Shown here: positions 44,065 to 52,108 of the stretch, piece by piece
Numbering within the stretch: position 1 is the first letter of the stretch
Layout of the letters: every line of letters begins with the position of its first letter
Origin: Candidatus Micrarchaeota archaeon
GTDB lineage: Archaea; Micrarchaeota; Micrarchaeia; Anstonellales; Bilamarchaeaceae
Reading direction: 5' to 3'
Length of the DNA: 64,000 nucleotides
Assembly: GCA_043812915.1 (NCBI GenBank)
Contig: JBDRLQ010000023.1
Span: forward strand, 1,582-65,581
The notes under the pieces: generated by a model
Databases searched by the model: none
What the model was told of the DNA's origin: nothing
What the model saw: the letters and a program-made list of their open reading frames with translations, nothing else
Translations under genes and position numbers: made by a program

Positions 44065-46096
44065 GCTAAAAACTGGAAGTAATTCTTCAAGACGAAAGTC
44101 TTGATGAGTGAGAACCATCTTAGCAGAGGTTAATTTGCTGATACAAACCACATAGTGGATGGCTGGGCTGAGGCCCGCACGGCCACGCGGCAAGCGGCGA
44201 AACGCCCTGGGTAGACGCACGCAGTCTTTGATCCAGGGATCTGGCGGTGCACAGTAATGTGCAGTAACCCACCGAAATGAAGCATCTTAGTAGGTGGAGG
44301 AAGAGAAACCAATTGGGATCCGGATAGTAACAGCGAGTGAAATTCGGAGAGATCAAGCTGAATTCCATTGCGGTAACGCAGTGGTAGATGTGGCGGGGAG
44401 TATCCTTTCTGTGAGCAGAAGTCGGCTGGAATGCCGTACCATAGCGAGTAATAGTCTCGTATGCGAAGCAGTGGAGGAGTGATCCAATGAAGAGTAGCGT
44501 ACCCCGGTTAGGGTGCGTGAATATGGGTGCATCAACATCCAAATCTAAACATGAGGCCTTAGACCGATAGCGAAATAGTAGCGCGAGCGAATGCTGAAAA
44601 GCACCGGGGGACCGGTGTGAAAAGAACCTGAAATTATGTGGTGACATTATGGTATGGCACGAAAGGGATTAGGACAATGGAAGCGACTGTTGGTAACGGC
44701 AGGAGCGACATTGTTTAACCGGTGTCATATCTTCCTTCTCGAAGCAAGAACCAAGGAGTTAATGGATGTGGCAAGACGAAAGTCGAAGCGAAAGCAAGCG
44801 CCCGCAGCAGGCTTGTCCTGTCAGGGGCATCGTGGTAACTCGCGATCAGTCACATTCATCAGACCCGAAGCCATAGTGATCTACGCCTGAACAGGGCGAA
44901 GTCAACCTGACGGTTGATGGAGGCCCGCAACTAGTGGTGGTATATTCCCCTTAGGTGATTTGGGTGTAGGGGTGATAGTCCTGTCGAACATGGCGATAGC
45001 GGGTTCCCTTCGAAATGTGTCTTAGCACAGCGTCTCCTGAGAATTATATAGCGGTAGAGCACCGATTAGGCGGAGCGGCCCCGAGAGGGGTCACCATCTT
45101 CTCAAACTCCGAATGCTGTATATTCTAAGACGGAGGCAGTGGGGATTGCGGAGTAAGTCCGTAGTCCCTTACGGGAAAGACCGTACGCAAGGCTAAGGAC
45201 CCTAAATGCTGGTTAAGTGTTAATCATCAAGGAGTCTCTACTCAAAGACAACCGGGAGGTAGGCTCAGAAGCAGCCACCCTCTAAACAACGCGTAATAGC
45301 GGACCGGTCGAGAGTGCAGATTCTTAAAATTCACGGGGCTAAACCAGCTTCCGATACCTTGCCAGAGCCAAAAGCTCATGTGTAGGGGGGCGAACGGGTT
45401 GCGCCGAAGCGCGGTGGTAACATCGTGTGGAGCGGCCTGTTATGAACATCTTGGTGTTAGTAGCAGCATATCCGGATGAGAATTCCGGACACCTCATAGA
45501 GCAAGGATTCCTCAGCCACGTTCTTCAGCTGAGGGTTAGGCGATCCTAAGGGCCATGGTAAAACCTGAAGCCCGAAATCAGGGAATCCGGTTAATATTCC
45601 GGACCTATATGGGTAGGCGCGGTAACGCAAGCCTACTTCTTACGCCTTTGGATATGTGAAGCGGCTTCGGCCGTCTGATAGAAGTAACTCCGTGGAGTCT
45701 CATTGTGAGGAGAAGCGGATGAAATCTTTAGGGGAAACTTCATTGAGTCCGGGGGTCCATGAAAAGTGAAGTAGGAACGATCCCATATAATCGTACCCAG
45801 AACCAGTACAGGTGCTCTAGCTGAAAAGGCTAAGGTGTGACAGGATAACCCAAGCAAGGGAACTCGGCAAGTTAGCCCTGTACCTTTGGTAGAAGGGGTG
45901 CCTTCGCATGCGTAATGTGGAGGTCGCAGTGACAAGTGGAGTGCGACTGTTTACCAAAAACACAGGTCATCGCAGAGCGGAAACGCTGAGTATGATGGCT
46001 GACGTCTGCTCACTGCCAGTACCTGAACACCGGTTTCAACCGGGAGAAGGGCTGGTAAAGAGCGGGGGTAACTCTGACCCTCTTAAGGTAGCGTAA

Positions 46097-46224
46097 ACAA
46101 GGCCAAGAATCATGTTTACATGAGGATTGCCTTGAGTTTGCGGTAATTGTTGCCAAAAGCAAGTCGTTAAAGTAGTGAGGAAATCCTCGATCTATATCCT
46201 TAACCGGATATGGCCTTGACGTAA
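46097..46224 (+). other. archaeal bulge-helix-bulge intron (128 nt, no ORF) in 23S domain IV
   Basis: Removing it restores the conserved GGTAGCGTAATACCTCGCCGCTTAATTGGCGGCTTGCATGAATG. Outer helix is AGGTA/TACCT, central 4-bp helix GCGT/ACGT, bulges AAA and AA(T), inner helix CAAGGCC/GGCCTTG. The boundary is ambiguous by up to 5 nt because CGTAA is repeated. Confidence 0.8.
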
Positions 46225-46750
46225 TACCTCGCCGCTTAATTGGCGGCTTGCATGAATGACGTAACGTCGCTCCAACTGTCCCTGCTTGGGACCTGGTGAA
46301 CTCACTGCCCGGTGAAGATGCCGGGGACTTCCAGAGGGAAACGAAGACTCCATGGAGCTTTACTATAGCCTGATGTTGTGATATTGAGTTGGCTACACAG
46401 TGTAAGTGGGAGCCGTTAAGCTGTGCCTTCCGGGGTACAGATAGGCAAAAGTGTAACACCACTTAGTTAGTTCGATATTGCTTACCCGCAAGGGGACAGC
46501 GTCAGGTGGATAGTTTGGCTGGGGCGGTACGCCCTCGAAAAGGAAACAAGGGCGCCCAATGTTCTGCTCATGCCGGTCAGAAATCGGCAGTAGAGGGTTA
46601 AAGACAAATGCAGGGCTGACTGTATTTCTCATAGTATGGAATGCAGAGACGAAAGTCGGGCTTAACGAACCTTGAAATCCCTTTGATGAGGATTCAAGCT
46701 GTCAGACAAGCTACCCTGGAGGTAACAGGCTCGTCGCGGGCGAGAGTACA

Positions 46751-46800
46751 CTGCGATGTAGTCAAAACGTTTCTTTTGAACTAGGACTACTTCGCGTGCG
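46751..46800 (+). other. 50-nt insertion in the 23S domain V H89 apical region: mini-intron or expansion hairpin
   Basis: GAGAGTACA[50 nt]TATCGAC interrupts the conserved GAGAGT.CATATCGAC string. The insert forms a ~10-bp stem (GCGA-GTAGTC / GACTAC-TCGC with one U-U mismatch). No canonical BHB could be drawn. Confidence 0.5.
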
Positions 46801-47237
46801 TATCGACCCCGCGGTTTGGTACATCGCTGTCGGCTTGGGATATCCTGGCCGTGTAGGAGCGGCCAAGGGTTGGGTTGTTCATCCATCAAAATCCCACATG
46901 AGCTGGGTTCAGTACGTCGCGAGACAGTACGGTAGTATCTCCTGGAAGTGTTGTCTCTTGAAAGGAAGGATCCTTGAGTACGAGAGGAACGGGGATCCGG
47001 CGCCTCTAGTCTACCGGTTGTGAATTGCATTGCCGGGCAGCCACGCGCCAACCGATAAGACCTGAAAGCATCTAAGGTCGAAGCGGCTCTTAAAACGAGG
47101 AGACATACCGCAGATAACAGATCTGTTTGATAGGACCATGGTGTAAGACGCTAGGTTCGCCGAGCGTTTCAGCCAGTGGTTACTAACGGTTTACTTCAAA
47201 GAATTCAACCTTTGCGGATGGTCCTTCTGGTTTTTGT

Positions 47238-47253
47238 TTCTTGTCATCATTTC
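47238..47253 (+). other. 3' arm of pre-23S long-range processing stem
   Basis: TTCTTGTCATCATTTC is the perfect reverse complement of 44049..44064. Confidence 0.7.
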
Positions 47254-47282
47254 TTCACTCATTCAATCATGAGGCCAACTAA

Positions 47283-47290
47283 TTTTTTTT
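47283..47290 (+). terminator. oligo-T (T8) candidate archaeal terminator after the 23S unit
   Basis: A run of 8 T lies about 30 nt beyond the 3' arm of the processing stem. Oligo-T tracts act as archaeal termination signals. Confidence 0.4.
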
Positions 47291-47349
47291 CTTCATTTAC
47301 CTTAGCGCAAGCACTGGGTATTTATTTCGTTCGATGGAGATGTTAACTG

Positions 47350-48096
47350 ATGGATAAGGGAATGAACAAGTGGATTCAGCTAAAGAAGCTTATCAAGGAG
47401 GCCAATGTCATCGTGGAGGTAGTGGACGCCAGGGACATAGACGGGACCAGGCTCAAGCAGGCCGAGACGATGGCTGGCACCAACCGGCTCCTTATCGTCG
47501 TCAACAAGGTGGATTTATTGCCCGAGGACATTGAGCTCACTTTGCCCAAGAACTCGATTGCGATTTCGGCAAAGGAAGCGGACTCCCACGAGCGGAAGAT
47601 GTTCATGCGCGCGATAATCGCCAAGGCAATCGGAACCCCTGTGCGCGCGCTGTTCGTGGGATACCCGAACATCGGGAAGAGCTCGCTGATCAATCTCTTG
47701 GCCCAGAGGAGGGCGGCCAAGGTCTCATCCATCGCCGGAACAACAAAGAACGTGCAGTGGGTGAAAATCAGCGACGAGCTTATGGTCACCGATTACCGCG
47801 GCCTTTTCCCTGAATGGGAAGGCCGGATGGGGCTGGTGACAAAAGGCGCGCTAAATACCGAAGGGCACGAGGACAAGTACGCCCACGAATATGCAGACAA
47901 GGTGCTCAAGAGTATCGCATTGCGCGGATGGCTGGAGGACAAGTTCGATATCGACCTCTCACTTGCCAATACCGCAGAAGATGTCCTGGAAGCGATAGCC
48001 AGGAGAAGGAACTGGTATGTCAAGGGCGGGGAGCTTAACATCCCCGAAGCCATGAAAGCCCTGGTCCGCTCCATGCGGGAAGCTCCGGAACTCTGA
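47350..48096 (+). CDS. circularly permuted ribosome-biogenesis GTPase (YlqF/RbgA/MJ1464 family)
   Basis: Motif order is permuted. G4 (VVNKVDLL) precedes G1 (GYPNIGKSS), G2 (GTTK) and G3 (DYRG). Confidence 0.8.
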   Translation: MDKGMNKWIQLKKLIKEANVIVEVVDARDIDGTRLKQAETMAGTNRLLIVVNKVDLLPEDIELTLPKNSIAISAKEADSHERKMFMRAIIAKAIGTPVRALFVGYPNIGKSSLINLLAQRRAAKVSSIAGTTKNVQWVKISDELMVTDYRGLFPEWEGRMGLVTKGALNTEGHEDKYAHEYADKVLKSIALRGWLEDKFDIDLSLANTAEDVLEAIARRRNWYVKGGELNIPEAMKALVRSMREAPEL

Positions 48097-48139
48097 ATCT
48101 TTTTTTAAAATGTCCTATTTAACATAAATATGTGTTTTT

Positions 48140-48571
48140 ATGAGCGGGGCAAAGAAGAAGCGTGAGGAGCCGATGGGCTCTATCCGTGTCATCATGGTCG
48201 GGAGGAACTCTGCCGCTGATTGCTTCAGGGAATTTGCCGAGCGCCACCGTGCAGCTTCAGAGGCCCTGGATGAATACAAAGAGGACGCCCGCCTCCTTCG
48301 TGCATATGAGGGATACAGGCGCAGATGGGGGTTCCTGTCCAAAAAGGAGTTCATGGCGGTCATGAAATACCCGGCAGATTCCGAGGAGCTTCTTCACACC
48401 GCCTTCAACATTTGCTTCATGGTGACGACCATTCTCCAGGCCGGCCCTCCGGATGATGGGGATGTCATTGTCGCAGCCAAAATCATGGGAGCCCTGGATG
48501 ACCATCCCAAGATATTCGACGGGGTGTCCCTATGGGCAGAGGCCCGCACCATAAGGGGAGAGATGCTCTAG
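48140..48571 (+). CDS. hypothetical protein
   Basis: 143-aa ORF. No family recognised. Confidence 0.45.
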   Translation: MSGAKKKREEPMGSIRVIMVGRNSAADCFREFAERHRAASEALDEYKEDARLLRAYEGYRRRWGFLSKKEFMAVMKYPADSEELLHTAFNICFMVTTILQAGPPDDGDVIVAAKIMGALDDHPKIFDGVSLWAEARTIRGEML

Positions 48572-48602
48572 CTTTATTAACGGTTCTTGCAAAGATTAAT
48601 CC

Positions 48603-49589
48603 ATGAGGGATATCCTTCTTGTTCTTGGAATAACGTTGATTCTTTTTTTCGGGTGCACGGGCAACGGCCAGTCATCGCAGGCTCCATCCCTGGGGGTCCA
48701 AACACTTTCGGAGCCTTCAATCTTGGTTTTACCAAGGGAGAGCACAATCCCCGCCGGCGCGGTCAAAATAACCCCTGAAACAGACATGTATCCGCCGATT
48801 CTGCATTCTGAAGATTATTTTGAGCCTGTTCCGCTCTCGGGACCTATAAACAGCCGGGGCGCCGAGGATTCCGCCTTCATCCGCCCTGACGGCAGCGAGA
48901 TGTTCTTCTTTTTCACTCCGGATCCATCAATCCCGGCCGAGAAGCAGCTTTTTGACGGGGCAACGGGCATTTATTCCTCGAAGAGGGTGAACGGCCAGTG
49001 GGGCGAGCCGCAGAGAATTGTCCTGAACAATGACATATCCCTCGAAGGCTGCGAGTTCGTTCAGGGCAACAGAATGTGGTTCTGCTCTGCCCGAGCCGGG
49101 AACAACCGTGAAATCGACTGGTATGTGGCGGATTACGAGAATGGGGAATGGAAGCGCTGGCGCCTTGCCCAGGACCTCAATGAGCTTGGGGCGGGCGAAT
49201 TGCACATAACCTCGGATGGGCAAGCCGTCTACTTCCACGCCCAGATGGATGGGGGCAGGGGAGGCTATGACCTGTACGTCTCAAGAAAGGAGAATGGAGA
49301 ATGGTCGGAACCAGAGAACCTGGAACACCTGAACTCGGTGGAGACTGAAGGATGGCCATATGTCAGCGAGGATGGGCCTGAGCTCTGGTTCACGAGGGAT
49401 TACAATGGTTCGCCAGCAATTTTCAGGACAAGGTTCGAGAATGGCAGGTGGGCAGTCCCATACCTTATCGTTTCCCAATTTGCCGGGGAGCCGACGGTGG
49501 ACTATGAGGGCAACCTGTATTTCACGCACCATTTCTTCCAGAATGGGCAGATGCTGGAAGCGGATATCTACGTCGCTTATAAAAAGTAG
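48603..49589 (+). CDS. lipoprotein with TolB-like (PD40) beta-propeller repeats
   Basis: Lipobox is ILFFGCTG. Recurrent ..E..P.[IV]S.DG..[LM][FY]F...R......D[IL]Y... units (for example ELHITSDGQAVYFHAQMDGGRGGYDLYVSRKENGEWSEPENL). Confidence 0.6.
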   Translation: MRDILLVLGITLILFFGCTGNGQSSQAPSLGVQTLSEPSILVLPRESTIPAGAVKITPETDMYPPILHSEDYFEPVPLSGPINSRGAEDSAFIRPDGSEMFFFFTPDPSIPAEKQLFDGATGIYSSKRVNGQWGEPQRIVLNNDISLEGCEFVQGNRMWFCSARAGNNREIDWYVADYENGEWKRWRLAQDLNELGAGELHITSDGQAVYFHAQMDGGRGGYDLYVSRKENGEWSEPENLEHLNSVETEGWPYVSEDGPELWFTRDYNGSPAIFRTRFENGRWAVPYLIVSQFAGEPTVDYEGNLYFTHHFFQNGQMLEADIYVAYKK

Positions 49590-49622
49590 CTGTATGCCGC
49601 TCTGGTGCGCTTAAGCTAAAAT

Positions 49623-49838
49623 TCAGATCGGATACAGCCTGGTGAATCTCGGGTCTTTGGCGTCATTGGCGAATCTACGGAGCCCCAGCTCAATGAATTG
49701 AGGCCCGATCGAGTAGATGTCAACCCTGATGGGGCGCTCAAAGCACTTTTCATAGTCCCTCCTTCCGGATTTTCGTCCGAGCTCTCCCATAACTCCACCA
49801 ACCCGGCTTACCATCCTAACGTTGTTATTCTCCTTCAT
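49623..49838 (-). CDS. small hypothetical protein (71 aa)
   Basis: GAGGTGG SD lies 4-5 nt upstream of the ATG at 49838, with a TATATATA box further upstream. No family recognised. Confidence 0.45.
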   Translation of the reverse strand: MKENNNVRMVSRVGGVMGELGRKSGRRDYEKCFERPIRVDIYSIGPQFIELGLRRFANDAKDPRFTRLYPI

Positions 49839-50037
49839 TTTTACCACCTCCCGTATTAACCGCAGCTGTTCTCATATATATACCTTTTTGAAATAAATCT
49901 GTATAATTGCACATTGTTTTTAAAAAAAGTGGTGTGAATTGCACAGAGTTTCGGGGGAACTCATTAATTACGCCATTATATGGGGGTTAGTGGTCTTTTT
50001 ATAAATAATGTGATACAAATTTTCTATGTGACCAACA

Positions 50038-50550
50038 ATGTTTAAGAAAAAATCTACTCATTCTCCCCACCCCCAGAGCGGGGGAGATGTCAATGGCAAG
50101 GCACCAAAGAAATCCGGCATCCTCCTCGCGGGCGAGCCCTCCAAGGAGCAGAAGCCGCTGCGCATCATGGCAGTGGATGATGAGCTTCTGATGCTGAGGG
50201 CGCTCCGGAGGAGCCTGGCAAAGCATGGCTTCGAAGTGGAAGCCTTCAGCTCCGGCGCGGACGCTATCAGGGCATACCCGGAGGGAGCATTCGACCTTGT
50301 GATATCGGGCCTTGAAATCATGGCGGCCCTGCGCGAAATCGACCCTGACTCAAGGATAATACTCCTGAGCGGAAGCGTCGATTCTGTGGATCAGCTGCTA
50401 ACTCTCACAGAGAGGGGGGCAGACCTTGTTCTGAACAAGCCGGTAACCGAAGAGCAGTTGCGCTTCGGGATTGCCCAGGTGCTCGGGCAGCAGGACGTTC
50501 TCGAGGAGCTTCTCTCAAATCCCTGCACTGGCGGGAATGGCAGCTCCTAA
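50038..50550 (+). CDS. stand-alone response-regulator receiver (CheY-like) domain lacking the phospho-acceptor loop
   Basis: Acidic pair IMAVDDE, beta4 IILLSGS and beta5 LVLNKPV are present. The beta3 region reads FDLVISGLEIMAALREI instead of FDLVISD..MP.MDGLE... Confidence 0.65.
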   Translation: MFKKKSTHSPHPQSGGDVNGKAPKKSGILLAGEPSKEQKPLRIMAVDDELLMLRALRRSLAKHGFEVEAFSSGADAIRAYPEGAFDLVISGLEIMAALREIDPDSRIILLSGSVDSVDQLLTLTERGADLVLNKPVTEEQLRFGIAQVLGQQDVLEELLSNPCTGGNGSS

Positions 50551-50582
50551 GCAATTATAACCTTTTTCTAATAATCTTCTTC

Positions 50583-52049
50583 ATGAAATTCTGGAAATTA
50601 TCATTAATCGGGATTGTTTTTCTGGTATTAGCGACCTCTTCTTTTGCCGAGACCACCTGCACGCGAAACGGCTGTGATATCGAAATCACCCTGAAAATCG
50701 CCTTCCAGGGAGCGACCCCCCAATACATCAACAATGTCGAGACTGAGATTGAGGGGGTGTGGAACGGGCCCAACGGCTTCCAGACAGTCGGCGACTGCAA
50801 GTGCAAAATGACATTCAATGTGATAACAAGCACTGCGGCAGACTGCAAGAACAATCCGCCTGCCGGCTGGCACTGCGTGATGGTGACCGATTACAACAAC
50901 GACCCTCCAAGGAACCAGACCAACTGGAACGGGGCCAAGTTTTACATCGGCTACATGTATGGCGTCTCTTCAGGAAATGGCGGCAACAGCCAGATGGGCT
51001 GGTGGTCCAACATAATGAGCCGCCCTGTGGACCCGAACAACCCTGGAGGGGAGCACTACAAGGATTTTGCCCATGAGGCTGGCCACATGATGGGGCTGGA
51101 AGACGGCGATGGGGGGATAATGTCCCAGACCTCGGGGCCGAACTCCAACCCCACGCAGGCCAACCTAGATGAAATCGCCAATGATGTCTGCGGGAACAAC
51201 TACTGCCCTGATTCCTGCTGCTGCGGGAACAGCGAAATCGACAGAACCAAAGGGGAAACATGCGACCCTATGGCCATGCCCGACGGATGCGCGCAGGGCC
51301 AGTCCTGCTGCGCGGTGTGCTGCAACTGCTATGGCCCGCTCTGCATAGCCGCCAATGGCGAATACACCAGCGAGCAGGCCTGCCAGTCCTCCTGTGGGGG
51401 GAGCGCCAAATGCTACAAGAACTACAAGAGCGGCTGCTGGGACTGTGTGAGGCAGAACATCGTAGTCCATGGCACCTGCCGGGACCCGACGAACATACGG
51501 GGCAATTCCAACTGCGACCATGTCCAGAGGACTGTGGTTGAGATAGTTGCCGACTTCTACGACACCTCTTTGAGCAGCGCGCCGATAATGGGCGATGTCT
51601 TCAGGAACGAACGGATTAACATTGACGTGGAAGGAAGGGGAATCGGGCACATAGTTACTTCTGAAGGGGCGATAATCGAATCCGGGGATGGCCCTGTGGA
51701 TGGCGGGACGGTCACAATCACGACCGACAGCGACACTGTTGAGTATCTCGCGGCGGATGAGATGACTGTCCAGCAGGGGGTCTCAAGCGGAAGAATCAGG
51801 ATAGACGGGCTCGGTATCGTCGATGGGATGAAATTCGGCGTCTATCACCTGATATTCGACATCTACAACCTCGTTTCGCCCGGGCCGGAATTCATTCCTC
51901 CGGAATATGGTGATGAGCTCCCCCTGGAATACCAGGAGCAGATGCTTGAGATTATCTATGCTGAGCCGGCCTCAGGAGATGATGGGGTATATGACCCGGA
52001 GCATGTTCCAGACGGAGGCTATATCGGCTCCAATGTTTTCCCGGAATAA
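50583..52049 (+). CDS. secreted zinc metalloprotease (HExxHxxGxxD, metzincin-like) with Cys-rich module
   Basis: Signal peptide is MKFWKLSLIGIVFLVLATSSFAE. Active-site string is FAHEAGHMMGLEDGD. Cys-rich block is CGNNYCPDSCCCGNSE...CAQGQSCCAVCCNCYGPLC... Confidence 0.65.
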   Translation: MKFWKLSLIGIVFLVLATSSFAETTCTRNGCDIEITLKIAFQGATPQYINNVETEIEGVWNGPNGFQTVGDCKCKMTFNVITSTAADCKNNPPAGWHCVMVTDYNNDPPRNQTNWNGAKFYIGYMYGVSSGNGGNSQMGWWSNIMSRPVDPNNPGGEHYKDFAHEAGHMMGLEDGDGGIMSQTSGPNSNPTQANLDEIANDVCGNNYCPDSCCCGNSEIDRTKGETCDPMAMPDGCAQGQSCCAVCCNCYGPLCIAANGEYTSEQACQSSCGGSAKCYKNYKSGCWDCVRQNIVVHGTCRDPTNIRGNSNCDHVQRTVVEIVADFYDTSLSSAPIMGDVFRNERINIDVEGRGIGHIVTSEGAIIESGDGPVDGGTVTITTDSDTVEYLAADEMTVQQGVSSGRIRIDGLGIVDGMKFGVYHLIFDIYNLVSPGPEFIPPEYGDELPLEYQEQMLEIIYAEPASGDDGVYDPEHVPDGGYIGSNVFPE

Positions 52050-52108
52050 TCCGGGCGTTTTTTCATTTTTTGCCAAGCTTTATTAACGCTCAGAGGGATT
52101 CTCCTTTC

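Larger units (their letters stand above)
44144..47185 (+). rRNA. rrl: 23S (LSU) ribosomal RNA, interrupted by a 128-nt intron and a second 50-nt insertion; ends approximate (+/-10 nt)
   Basis: Conserved strings are present: GAAATGAAGCATCTTAGTA, GGCTCAGAAGCAGCCAC, H69-like GGGGGTAACTCTGACCCTC followed by TTAAGGTAGCG, GGTAACAGGCT, GAGCTGGGTTCAG and sarcin-ricin AGTACGAGAGGAAC. Terminal helix is AACCAC/GTGGTT. No 16S or 5S gene is adjacent. Confidence 0.9.

Noticed and set aside
44050-44112. C/D-box sRNA-like strings (ATGATGA ... TGATGAG) in the 23S leader.
   Set aside because: No properly placed CTGA D/D' boxes are present. The ATGATGA lies within the 16-bp leader-trailer helix, which explains its conservation-like appearance.
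44120-47051. ORFs inside the 23S rRNA (44120..44647, 44654..44890, 45633..45935, 46010..46462, 46393..46632, 46662..47051, 46796..47023 and others).
   Set aside because: The region is unambiguously LSU rRNA, and the ORFs are chance open frames.
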